From the human T2T-CHM13v2.0 reference genome, Homo sapiens, in assembly GCF_009914755.1 (NCBI RefSeq), contig NC_060925.1: a DNA stretch of 64,000 nt, one strand, 5' to 3'. The notes below the pieces were generated by a model. It did no database searches. It was not told the origin of the DNA and saw nothing but the letters and a program-made list of their open reading frames with translations. A program made the position numbers and the translations under genes. Positions 12,832 through 26,954 of this stretch are shown here, one piece after another. The stretch's first letter is position 1. Each line of letters starts with the position of its first letter.

Positions 12832-12997
12832 CATCCTGTCCCAAGGTGTGGTTCCCGGACCAGCCACATAGCACCCTCGAGAACTTCTTAGGCATTCAAA
12901 TTCTCATGCCCAGTCCCAGACATCCTGGATCAGAAACTCTAGGGGCGGGGCCAAGCCCTCCAGGGGAGTCTCATGCACGTTAGTTTGGGAACCCCTG
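12832..12997 (+). mobile_element. MER5A (hAT-Charlie)
   Basis: aaggtgtggttcccggaccagc...atcagaaactctaggggcggggcc...gtttgggaacccctg. Confidence 0.85.
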
Positions 12998-13047
12998 TTA
13001 GAAGGATAACTGAGTGTGGAGCATCCAGCATGTGCCAGAAACTAGTT

Positions 13048-13559
13048 TTTTATTTTTATTTATTTATTTATTTATTTATTTTTAAATTTTTATTTTTATT
13101 TTATTGAATTATTTTTGGTGTGTCTAGGCCAAGGAAATAGGAGATCGTGGGTGGGGAAACAGACTGAGGGAATCAGAAGCACCACTGTCCATCCGGAATT
13201 AAATCCACATCCCAGCATCTTCTGCAAATATTTCACTAATTATTTCCTCTCGGAACTCCTCCCTTCCTGTTCCTTCCTCTGGTGAGGCCGGCGCTCCCCT
13301 CCCAGGCCGCAGGGGACAGACAGGGATTGGGTTCTGTGTGCCTGCCACACCAGGCAGGCTCTTGCGGCTCCCAACTAGACGGCCTTGCACTCCGCGTGCA
13401 CTGGCCACACATCCTCGCCTCCTCCACCCGCTCCGCCGCCGGTTTCCTTGGAAGTTAAATCTTGGAGGATTTGTCCACACCCAGGCCGCTGCCAATCCCA
13501 GCTCCTTCCCCAGCGCCTCATTTCCGATTTTTTCATATGCTAAGTCGTTTAACAACTCC
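13048..13559 (-). pseudogene. 5'-truncated processed retrocopy of an unidentified transcript 3' end
   Basis: Perfect 13-bp TSD ccagaaactagtt (13035-13047, 13560-13572), AATAAA on minus strand (13100-13105), decayed poly(A)/(TAAA)n tail, CpG-rich body; splits a MIR. Confidence 0.85.
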
Positions 13560-13572
13560 CCAGAAACTAGTT

Positions 13573-13705
13573 ATATTGTATGTACAGCTTTTTGAGGTAC
13601 AGGAATTGTCATTCTTGTTTTATAGATGAGCAGAAAGGCCTGCAGAACCCGAGATCATAGTAGGTGGTAGATCCTGAGTTTGAATCCAGTCTTGACTTCG
13701 AAACC
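13573..13705 (-). mobile_element. MIR SINE (other part at 13005-13047)
   Basis: gttttatagatgag...gagtttgaatccagtcttgacttc. Confidence 0.7.
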
Positions 13706-14029
13706 AGAATTATTGTGAGGTTTGGACCCCTAATTAAAATGCAAATATTTCTGACGATATCTGTTACTAATCAGTAACATCTTGGTGCTCTTAGTGCTAA
13801 TTCCTGTCCTGGCCATTCACAATAGACTGCTGAGAGGAGAGCGGAACAGCCCTGAGAAGGAGGCCTGGATACCTTATGGTGTCTCATGGGTGCTCCCACT
13901 GCTTGGCAGTTTCTCCTGTGGTTAGCTCTGGCTGAGTTCCTCCTCCAGATGGGACTGAGTGACTGATCCTTAAACACAGGTGCTTCCCAGTCCACCCTGG
14001 CCCTTTCAGCTATTTATGGTCCACACATC

Positions 14030-14590
14030 CCTCCCTTTGCCTTGGCCACCGCTCGTATGCTGGTGACTTCCAAATTTCTGTTCTAACCTAGGATTCTCTT
14101 TTGAGTTTGAGATTTCTCTCCAACTGAATACTAGATGTTTATACTTCAGCACATCATAGTGTCTCAAACTCACCTTGTCTAAAACCTAACCCATCTTCAT
14201 TTCCCAAATCTTGTCCTCCTCTCACATGGCCTCTTTCAGCAAATGGTACCGCCCTCCGTCCTGTTGCCCGAGACAGAAATCTGGGAGTCATTTGTGACTC
14301 TTGTTCCTCCCTTTTGCCCTGACGTTCATCACCTGACCTGCCCTCACCCACCCCACGTGGGCCTGGCTCTCAGTTGCTCATCCTGATTCCTCAATCCCTT
14401 TGGGCTGTCCTGGGTTCTTCTCCTTTGCACTCCCTTGGCATCCCATGCTTACCTCTGACACTGTGCTCCTTAGGTAGTGTTGTAACCGTCAGCCTCTCCT
14501 AGGCTGAGATCCTTGATGGCGAGGATTGTGTCTTTTATCTATGTGTCTCCAATGCTTTGCCCTTAGGTGACTGATAAGTTTACTGAATAT
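14030..14590 (+). mobile_element. L2 fragments
   Basis: tatgctggtgacttccaaattt...ctcaaactcaccttgtctaaaacc...ctgggagtcat, then 3' end. Confidence 0.75.
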
Positions 14591-15194
14591 ATAAACAAGT
14601 AAAGATGCTACTCTGGAACCTTTGGCAAATCCTGATTCTCCTTCCCTTTGTTGCAGTACAATCTCCCCTATGATGGGGTCATTGTGCTCGCCAACTATGA
14701 CTTTGACAAGATCCTTAACACTTGACTTTGAAGTGACAGTGAGTACCCACCAACTCCTCTCAGAGAAAGCAGGGAGTTGACGGAAGGCAGTAATACTACG
14801 GAGTGTGTATGTGGTATATATATATCTGTGTAGAAAGTGTTGCCATGAAGCTGAAGTGGAAGAATCCAGGCAGATTTCATATTCCTGCCAACTTTATATC
14901 CAACAATTTGTAATTTATAGAAAATCAAAGAAGAGTTTTCTCTGATCTCCCCAACCCCCATCTTTCCCCCCAGGGTGAAGACTGTATTTCAGTTATCACT
15001 GTATACCCACAGCTCCTCAATATATTGTCTAGAACACAGTTAAGTGCTAAATAAATGTTCAGAAAGAGCTTTGGCTAATGGCAAGAACTCTAGGAAAGGT
15101 TCTGGGTTGGGAGAATGAGGGCAGGACCTACAAATCCATGATCAGACCAGCTGAGTCCCATGGCTTTGAATATCATCTTTATGCCCCACACTCC

Positions 15195-16005
15195 TGTAGC
15201 AGTTAGCTTTTGCTGCATAATAAATCACCTCCGATCTCAGAGGCCTAAAACAACAGTTAGCATTTCTCACAATTCTGTGGGTTGGCTGGTGGTTCCTTTG
15301 TCCTAGGCTGGCCTGGCTGGAGTTGGATGGTCTGGTTTGGCCTCACTGACATCTATGGGTCATCAGCTGAGGCAGGGGCAGGGGGACAGCTGGGATGCTG
15401 GAGCCTCTCTCTTCACGATTTCACGTCCTCAGAGAGGCCAGCCCAGGTGTCTTCACATAGTTGCAGAAGGTTTCAGAAGCAAGTGTCTTTGTTTGAGCTG
15501 CTGTAACACAACACTGTAGGCTGGGTGGCTCTTAAATAGCAGAAATTTGATGTTCACAGTTCTGGAGGCTGGGAAGTCTGATATCAAGGTGCTGGCAGAT
15601 TTAGTCGTGGTAAGGGCCTGTTTCCTGGTTCATAGGTGGTGCCTTCTCGCTGTGTCCTCACATGGTGGAAAGGTAAGGAGCTCTCTGGGGCCTCTTTTGT
15701 AAGGGCACTAATCCCATTCATGAGGTCTCCACCCTCATGACCTAATCACCTCCTAAAGGCCCCACCTTCTAATACCATTACAATGGTGAATAGCTTTCCA
15801 CATATGAATTTGGGGAGGATACAAACATTCAGACAATAGCAAGGAGAGAGGGCAAGCCCCAGTGAGCAAGCCTTTTTCAGTTCTCTGCTTGTGTCACATT
15901 TCCTACTGTTCCATTGCCTAAAGCAAGTCACATGGCCAAGCTAGATTCAGTATAGGAAGTGACTACCCAAGGCGTGGATATAGGAAAATGTGAACAAATT
16001 GGGAT
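15195..16005 (-). mobile_element. Old MLT1 (H/I/J-like) LTR interrupted by MLT1A
   Basis: agttagcttttgctgcataataaatcacc...ccattgcctaaagcaagtcacatggccaagc. Confidence 0.75.
15484..15841 (-). mobile_element. MLT1A-like MaLR solo LTR
   Basis: cacagttctggaggctgggaagtc...aagggcactaatcccattcatgagg...acaaacattcagacaatagca. Confidence 0.9.
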
Positions 16006-16006
16006 T

Positions 16007-16290
16007 TGTGTTAGCCTGGGTCCTCTGAGAAGTAGCCACCAAGATGGGGTGAAATGTACATGGATTTTTATTAGGAGAAAAGTGATGAGAGTAATGGGGA
16101 AGGAGTTGGGAAAGGCTAGAAAAGCCATCAGACCACCATGCAAGTCTAACCCTGAGTGACAGATTGAGGGAAGGTAAGTTGAGTTCAAGGGTCCCTGCCT
16201 GCTGTGCAATCTGAGGATTGCAAGGCTTTTGGGAGGCCCTCACGCCAAAGTTGGCTATCAAGGGAGTCCTGTGACTCCTAGAGGTCTGCT
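16007..16290 (-). mobile_element. LTR16-like ERVL LTR fragment
   Basis: gggtcctctgagaagtagccaccaagatgg...catcagaccaccatgcaagtct. Confidence 0.65.
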
Positions 16291-16334
16291 AGGCACATTC
16301 TCACAGCCACCATAGTGTCATTACTCAAAGAATT

Positions 16335-17353
16335 TATCACAACTCCCAAATTTATACTTCCAGCTCAGACCTCTCTCCTAAGCTCTAGACCTCTATAGTC
16401 AATGGCTTTCTTAATCTTTCCACTGGGTGGTCTCAGAGGCATCTCACAGTGAACTCTTAATCTCTGCCTCCAAATCTGTTTTTCCTCCAGCTTTCTTTGT
16501 CTTGGTGAGTGGCGTCTTCATCCACCCGCAAGTCCAGGAGTCATTGTTGATACTTGCATCTCTGTATTCCTGTAGGTGATCCATTATGAAAGCCTGTCCA
16601 CCTTATCCCTCAATATGTCTCGACCTTGTCTTCTTCTCTCCAGCTCTGCTGCCATTACCAAGACCAAACCATCTTCATCTCTCCCTTGGACAACCACAAC
16701 AGCCTCCTAACCAATCTCTCCACTTCCTCTCTGGTCCCCTTGTGGAGCTCCAAGCTCCACAAGGAAGCCTGCATGATCTTGAAGCATAAACATGATTATA
16801 CCACTTTTCAGCTTGAACTCCAAGATCTTAGCCATGGTCTCTGTGCCCTGCATGCTCCAGCCCCTACCCCACCACAGCTTCAATGCCTACTTTGCTCTCT
16901 ATCACCCACCAGCTTCCAGCTACTCTGGTCTCTTTTAAAACACGCCACACTCTTTCTCACTGCAGGCCTTTGCACATGCTGTTCCCTCTCCCCATAATCT
17001 CCCATCCTCTCACTCCCCATTCACCTGGTTAGTGCCTATTCATTGTTCAGTTCTTGATTTAACTGTCATTTCTTCAGTGAGATCTTCTGTCTCACAGACA
17101 ACTGCCACCCCTCACCCTAGCCCATCTAATTTATGTTCCCCTATGACACTCTCTTATAGCATCCTACAGTTTTATAGCTCCCATCCCAGTTCATGTATGT
17201 ATACTTAGTTACTTGTTAGTTTAGCATCTGTGTCTCCCAGGCAGAAAGTTCCCTAAGGATTGGGACTGTGTTTGCATTGTTCATGGCTGTGTCTCAGAGC
17301 CCAGCACAGTGCTTGGTATATAGCAGCATATCAATCACTGTTGGTTGAATGGA
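16335..17353 (+). mobile_element. L2 3' portion
   Basis: aactcccaaatttatacttccagc...ggcctttgcacatgctgttccc...cccagcacagtgcttggtatatag...gttgaatgga. Confidence 0.88.
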
Positions 17354-18149
17354 TACAGGTCCAAGGGAGTGGAGGGGAGTAGGGGAGAATGGGTCTTGCA
17401 GGGATTTGCCCCTCCCAGTCCCTGACTCAGGAGGAACTGAAGCTGCTCTGGTTCTGAGCATGTGAGCTAAGACGTAGCATTGTTTCTCCCTGCACATTCC
17501 TTGCTGCCTTACCAGCCTCATGCTCTCTGTGCCCTCATTTTGGGGATATTGTCATACTGAAGACCCAGGGTCTCAAAGGAATTGGGCTGATCAGCTGTTC
17601 CTGGATTGGACAGAGAAGCTGAGGCCCCTTCCTGAGCTCACCCCTGACCTATGAAGGCATCCCGGCACCCTGATTTCGCTCTGATTCCTGCTTCCTCTGG
17701 CTTTCACCACCACCCCTCCCTGCCATGGCCACCTCCCCCCAGCCCCCTCTCCCCTTCTTCTCTGCCTGCCTCCAGTTTCTTATGGCTGAAACCATAGGCT
17801 GAAGCACCTCAGAAATGTCAAAACAGGGGTCTTGGTGATGCTGGCTGTGCTGGGCATAAGTGGAGGAGAGTGCCAGAGGGTCAGCCTGGGGAAGGTGCCT
17901 GGGGAACGGGGCAAACACAGCCCGAGTTCCGTGTGTGGCTGCCACAACTCCGACCCCAGATTCTGTCATGTTCTGTCCCCCTTGGGTGGGGCAAGGCCTG
18001 CTGGCACCTGAGAAATCATTGCTGAAATTCTGTTGCTGAAACATAAAGCTGCCCAAGTCCCTGTGACAGAATTTCCTATTGGCAGGTGAGTCCAACGTAG
18101 TGTCAGAAAAGCAAGAGCTAAGCAGCCAGGGAGTCAGTGCTGCAGGGCA

Positions 18150-18330
18150 GGGCTCACAGGAACAAATTTCAGACTGGGTCCTAGCTCTCCCAATTATTAG
18201 CTAAGTGGCTCCATACAGTGACTTATTTTCTTTGAGTCTCAGTTTCCTTGATGTATGTAGGAATAGTACCTAACCTCACAGGATTTGTGTAAAGATTGAA
18301 TCAGTAGAAACAATCAACAAATATTAGCTA
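18150..18330 (+). mobile_element. MIR SINE
   Basis: gagtctcagtttcct...aatagtacctaacctcacagg. Confidence 0.75.
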
Positions 18331-18592
18331 GAGATGATCTGGGCTTGTTTGAGAGCAAGGGATTGTACTGAGCTCTTGTGGGAAGGGAGGAGGGCAGGGT
18401 GGCAAGCAGAGCTCTAGCTGGGCACCACCATAGTACCTGTGGCTGGCCCTCTTAATCTGCTGTCTTATGGCATCTCAGAGCCTCAAGCCCAATAAAAGTA
18501 GATTAAACAAGCATATAAAGTATTTGTGGGAGGCAGACGGTGCAGATTGCCTTGGATCTCATATCCTTTCAGGCATGGCTGTGGTGGGGAAG

Positions 18593-19124
18593 TGTATTAG
18601 TTAGGGTTCCCCAGAGAGAGAATCAATAGGAGATAGATAGATAGATAGATAGATAGACAATATCTTTCTATCTACCTATTTTAGGGGATTTATTAGGGGA
18701 ACTGGCTTACGTGATTACGGAGGCTGAGAAGGCCCATCACAGGCCATTTGTAAGCTGGGAACCCTGAGATGCCAGTAACATGGCTCAGTCCAAAGGCCTA
18801 AGAACCTGGAAGGACGGTGGCTGGTATAAGTCCTGGAATCCAAAGAGTGGAGAGCCCTGAGTTCTGATGTCCAAGGAGAGGGGAGGAAGAGTGTATCCCA
18901 GCTCCAGGAGAGGGTCTTTCCTCTGTTTTTGTTCTATACAAGCCTTCAGCTAATTGGATGGTGCCTGACCTCATTAAAGGTACGCTTTCCCCACCTATTC
19001 CACTCAGACTCACACGCCAGTCTCCTTTGGAAACACCGTTAAGACACACCCCAAAATAATGCTTTACCAGTTCTCTAGGTATTCCTTAATCCAGTCAAGT
19101 TGACACCTAATATTAACCATCACA
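18593..19124 (-). mobile_element. MLT2 (ERVL) solo LTR containing (AGAT)6 at 18631-18654
   Basis: TG..CA termini; tgtattagttagggttcccc...ccagtcaagttgacacctaatattaaccatcaca. Confidence 0.9.
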
Positions 19125-19196
19125 GCATGTAAAGTTGTGAGGGCTCGGGTGATGCTAATTTGTAGAGGTCATTCAAACCATTAAGATAATGAAACA

Positions 19197-19810
19197 GTTT
19201 CAGTTTTCTGCATGTGGCTAGCCAGTTCTCCTAGCACTATTTATTAAATAGGGAATCCTTTCCCAATTGCTAGTTTTTGTCAGGTTTGTCGAAGATCAGA
19301 TAATTATAGGTGTGCAGTCTTATTTCTGGGTTCTCTATTCTGTTCCATTGGTCTATGTGTCTGTTCTTATATCAATACCATAAATGCCCATCAATTATAG
19401 ACTAGATAAAGAAAATGTGGTACATATACACTATGGAATACTATGCAGCCATAAAAAGGACCAAGAGCATGTCCTTTGCAAGGACATGAATGGAGCTAGA
19501 AGCCATTATCCTCAGCAAACTAACGTAGGAACAGAAAATCAAATACTACGTGTTCTCACTTATAAGTGGGAGCTGAACGATGAGAACACATGGACACATT
19601 GAGGGGAGCAACACACACTGGGGCCTGTCGAAGACTGGGGAGTGGGAGAAGGGAGAGCATCAGGAAGAATAGCTAATGGATGTTGGGCTTAATACCTAGG
19701 TGATGGGACAATCTGTGCAGCAAACCACCATGGCACACATTTACCTATGTAACAAACCTGCACATCCTGCACATGTTACCCTGAGCTTAAAATAAAAGTT
19801 GGAAAAAAAA
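19197..19810 (+). mobile_element. L1PA (mid-age) 3' end with inverted 5' segment (19197-19381)
   Basis: 13-bp TSD agataatgaaaca (19184-19196, 19812-19824); antisense ORF2 piece then sense 3' end, AATAAA and poly(A). Confidence 0.92.
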
Positions 19811-20159
19811 GAGATAATGAAACATAGTTCAATTAAAAGATACAAATTGTACCCCATTTTTATTTTCTAAGTATTCATGGCTTGTTAAGTGTGTATAATA
19901 TCAACTATTACATGGGAACTAGCTCCTGATAAGTTTGCTCTTTTGTTCGGCCTATAAACATAGAGGATTCTTGAGATTTGCACTGTTATCAGCCTGCCAT
20001 TGAATAATTTTAATTCTTATTTTCATTGATCCAGAAAAAGTCTTCTAGTTTGGTGGGTGGGGAGCACATATTGACTTTTGAAGGAGACTTGACAGATGTA
20101 ATTATATCCCAGACTTGCTCCTAAATCCAGTACATCAAACAATTATTAAACTTTGAGTG

Positions 20160-20245
20160 TGGTGATTATTAACCTTTGTAGTCATAGAACCCTTTGAAAA
20201 TCTGATGAAAGCTATGGACTCAAACTGATAAAATGCACACTCCAA
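20160..20245 (+). mobile_element. hAT-Charlie (Charlie4z-like) fragment
   Basis: ccctttgaaaatctgatgaaagctatggac...aaaatgcacac. Confidence 0.6.
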
Positions 20246-20782
20246 ATGCTGATATTACATCTGGGACCCCACAGTCTCCTAAAAGTCATTCTACTTGTAG
20301 CCTGGGTGGATCACCCTCGATCAAGGCTATCCATCGTGAGTCAACCAGAAGAGGTCCATGCAGAATGCAGAGGACAGAGATACTACTAGGTGGAAAGGCA
20401 GGCCTAGGGCTTGCCCTCATGGAAACATCTGGTGGTATGGGAGTCATGCAGGTAGGGGTGTTTCCATCCGCTGTGTGCTAACTGGATCTCTCTGAGGATG
20501 CTACCTACACCTTGAAGGAAAGGGGCTCCCTTCATCAGCTGTGGGCCCAGACGCCACTGAGCAGGCCCACAGGAAGCAATTCACGGTGAGGCAGTGGAGG
20601 GTGGACTACATCAGTCCCCAGTCCCTTCTGGCATGAACACACTAGAAGTCTGTGGAAGAGGCTTCCCCTCACAAGCCTCAGCCTTTACTCACTTTATTTC
20701 TCCTCCTGACTTGCCCTGCCCTCTCCTCTGTGCCCATCTTCTGGGGTCTCACTTCCTCCAAGCCCACACCCATTACATACAT

Positions 20783-20999
20783 CAGGGTTGGCAACATTTT
20801 CTGCAAAGGGCCAGACAGTAAATATTTTAGTCTGTGGGCCATGTGGTCTCTGTCTCAACTACTCAGTCCTGCCAATGTAGCTCAGAAGCAGCCACAGCCA
20901 ATACATAACTCAATGGGCATGGATGAGTTCCAATAAAACTTTATTTATAAAAGCAAGTGAGCCAGATATAGCCCAAGGGCCATAGTTTGCTAGCTCCTG
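20783..20999 (+). mobile_element. MER58A (hAT-Charlie)
   Basis: cagggttggcaa...aaagggccagacagtaaatattttag...ccaataaaactttattta...gggccatagtttgc. Confidence 0.9.
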
Positions 21000-21036
21000 C
21001 TGAGATCATTTGTTTCATTAGGGGCTTACAAAATGA

Positions 21037-22570
<1,534 letters not shown>

Positions 22571-22762
22571 TTCCTACCAACCCTGCCCTCCAGAAAGGAA
22601 GTCAGGATCTCTAGCAAACAGGATCCACACTGTCTTTCCTCTGAGACCCTCAGGAAAGCTGCCTGGTTGCAGACCATGTAGGGAATATTGCCCTGCCCTT
22701 CCTTATCCTTAGCCCTAAGTTGATGCTGCAGTTGAAGTCTTGACTGCACATAATGTCCCAAG

Positions 22763-22790
22763 ACTGAAACGGGAGTACTGAAACGGGAGT
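22763..22790. repeat. Perfect 14-bp tandem duplication
   Basis: actgaaacgggagt x2. Confidence 0.95.
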
Positions 22791-23314
22791 CTTGTCTTTC
22801 CTTCTGTCTCTGTGCAGGACACTGTCAAACCTCCAAGAAAGAGACCTGTTTTTCTTTTCCTTAAATGCTAAGCTTTCAGACTCCTCTGGTTGCTGGCCTA
22901 GATGTGCTGTCCTGAATCTGGGGAGTAGGATACCCTCTTTGGATTCACAGGTGGCCTTGGGGTATTGTCTTCAGGTTTTCAGCTGTGCATGCTGCTGTAG
23001 TTTTAATCCAAGGCCTGCATCCTGGAGCATGCCCTGGCCCAGAAAAAGGCAGTGGTGGCCCTCTCTTTGGGCCTTTTTACCCTTCTGTCTGCCATCCAGG
23101 GACCATTGTGCCTTGGTTCATCTCCATTCGTCTATGTGGAAATCATGTCTGTAATTTTGAACTTGAATTCACACCTGACATATGGACACTTCAGGTTCCT
23201 GCTGGGGGGAATTTGGATGATGTCATGAAGCAGAGGTATCTGTGAGGCTGACACCCTGGAGCCTTTCCGCAGCCAAGTTGCTCATAGTCCAGTCCTTGGC
23301 CCCCACCCTAGAGC

Positions 23315-23480
23315 ACCACAGACTGTCTGAGCCATATGGGGCCATAGAGATCTCATAGTCCAACTTCTGAGTTTCTCTGCAGTATGCCTGATAAGTGGTT
23401 ATCCAGACGACCTCACTACTTTTCAGGATAGTCCCTTCTATTTCAGACAGGTCTAATCAATAGAACTTACTTTAGACCTT
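23315..23480 (-). mobile_element. L3/CR1-like ancient LINE fragment
   Basis: agagatctcatagtccaac...cctgataagtggttatccag...ctcactact...ttcagacaggtctaat. Confidence 0.5.
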
Positions 23481-23599
23481 CAATCTAGTTGAGTCTCCTG
23501 TTTTTCCTCTTGATGGGTACTTCTATTGTGACTTTTCAACATTTGCTCGTACAGTGAGGGCTTGAGTGAAGATAGAATCAGTTAAGGGACCATTTACTA

Positions 23600-23930
23600 A
23601 GTGGTGAGATTCTTAAAGGCAGGAACCCATCCTGTTCATCTCTGTATTCCTAGTACTTGGCAAAATGCCCAGATGTTAGAGGTGTTCAATAACTGTTAAT
23701 AATAATGATAAATAAGAAAGTACTACTTATCAAGCTCTTATAATGTGGTAGGCACTACTCTAAGCCCTATACGTGCCTCAAAACAACTCAATGCAGTATA
23801 TTATTACTGTTTTGTGGATGATGAAACTGAGGCTTAGAAATGTTAAGTACCTTGTCTCAGGTGACATAGCTGTTAAAGGAAGGAGCAAGGATTTAGGCCT
23901 AGCACAGCTGACTTTAGAATTCGTACTCTT
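23600..23930. mobile_element. L2 3' end (+) abutting a MIR (-)
   Basis: gttcatctctgtattcctagtac...caataactgtt, then ggatgatgaaactgaggcttaga. Confidence 0.75.
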
Positions 23931-24557
23931 TGTGTATTGTTTATGGTTTCTTTTTTCTCTGTATTTATTTTATTGTGGTAAAATATATATGACATAAAAT
24001 TTATCATGTTAGCCATTTTTAAGTGTACAGTTTAGTGGCATTAAGTAATTCACATTGTTGTGCAACTGCAACTGCATTCCATTTCTAGAACTTTTTCATC
24101 TTCCCAAACTAGACTGCTTACCCATCAAAGACTAACTTCCCATTCCTCCCTCCCCCAGCCCTTGGCAACCACCAATCTACTTTCTGTCTCTCTGAATTTG
24201 ACTACTCTGGGTATCTCATATAAGTAACATCCTACAGTATTTGTGCTTTTGTGATCAGCTTATTTCATCTAGCATAATGTCTTTTTTTCTTAAAGTAGGA
24301 AGTGATTTTGGAATTTAGTTGTCTTTATATTACATCTATATAATGTCATATCTATTACATAGATATAATGCAAAGAAAATTAAAATATATAATATAGATA
24401 TTTATATATCTATATTTATTTTAATTTTCTTTATATCTATATTTTATATATTTAAGGTGTTACATGTTTTGATATACACATACATAGTAAAATGATTACT
24501 ACAGCCAAGCAAATTAACATATTCTTCACCATACATAGTTCCTTTTTTGTGTGGTAG

Positions 24558-24866
<309 letters not shown>

Positions 24867-25290
24867 TAAGATCTGTAGATGTGTTCATCCTATCTATATA
24901 GCTGCAAGTTTTTACCCTTTGACCTACTTCTCCACTTTTCTTCCTCCTTCCTGCCCCTAACCGCCATTTTACTCTTTGTTTCTACATATTTGACTTTTTA
25001 AAGATTCCACATGTAAGTGAGATAATGCAGTACTTTTCTTTCTGTGTTTAGGTTCTGTCTACTATAACATCCTCCAGTTTCATTCGTGTTGTCTAAAATG
25101 AGAGTATCTCATTTTTTAAGGCTGAGTAGTATTCCATTCTGTACATATATCACAATTTCTTTATCCACTCATCCATCGGTAGACACTTAAGTTGTTTCCA
25201 TTGTCTTAACTATTGTGCATAATGCTACAGTGAACATGAAAGTGCAAATATCTCTACAAGGTACTGATTTCATTTCTTTTGGCTATATAA

Positions 25291-25801
<511 letters not shown>

Positions 25802-26954
25802 CCCTTTGTGGTTTTGATGTGCATTTCCCTGATGATTAGTGATGTCGAGCACCTTTTTATGCACCTCTTGGCCATCTATGTGTCTTCTTTGGAAAAATGT
25901 CTATTCAGGTCATTTACCCATTTTTTTTTTTTTTGTGGCTAAGTTGTGTGAGTTCTTTATATACTTTAAATATTAACTCTTTGTCAGATATGTAGTTTGC
26001 AAATATTTTCTACCAATAAGTAGGCTGTCTTTTAATTTTGTTGGATTTTCCTTTGCTGTTCAGAAGCTTTTTAGTTTGATGCAGTACCACTTGTTTATTT
26101 TTGCTTTTGTTACCTAAGCTTTTGGTGTGATATTCAAAAAATTATTGCCAAGGCCACTATCAAAGAGCTTTTCCCTTATTTCTTTTTTCCCAGCATTTTT
26201 ATGATTTCAGGTCTTATGTTTTGGTCTTTAATCCATTTTGAGATGATTTTTGTGTATAGTGTAAATTAAGGGTCCAGTTTCATTTTTTTTTGCCTGTGGA
26301 TATACAGTTTTTCTAGCACAATTAATTGAAGAGACTGTCCTCTCTCCATTATGTATTCTTGGTGGCCTTGTCAAAAATTAGTTGACTGTCTATGCTTCGA
26401 ATTATTTCTAGGCTCTCTATTCTGTTCCATTGGTTTATGTGTCTGTTTTTATGCCTATGTGTCTGTTTTGATTATTATAATTTTGTAATATAATTTGAAA
26501 TCAGGAAGTATGATGCTTCCAACTTTATTTTTCTTTTTCAAGATTGCTTTGGCTATTCAGGATCTTATATGATTCCATACAGATTTTAGAATTGTTTTTT
26601 TATTTGTGTGAAAAGTACCATTGGAATTTTGATAGGGATTGTGCTGAATCTGTGTATCACGTTGGGCAGTGTGACCATTTTAACAATATTAATTCTTCTA
26701 ACCCAGAAACATGGGAAATCTTTCCATTTATTTATGCCTTTTTTTCAATTTCTTTAATCAATGTTATATAGTTTTTAGTGCACAGATCTTTCACTTCCTT
26801 GGTTAAATTTATTCCTGAGTATTTTATTGTTTTTGATACTGTTGTTCACTTAACATAGTGTCTTCAGGCTTCATTCATGTTATATCATGTGTCAGAACTT
26901 CCTTCCTTTTTAAGGCTAAATAATATTCTATTGTATGTACATACCACATTTTGT

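Noticed and set aside
13199-13555. 118-aa ORF in the retrocopy
   Set aside because: TTG start at the truncation edge, no recognisable protein; sequence looks UTR-like
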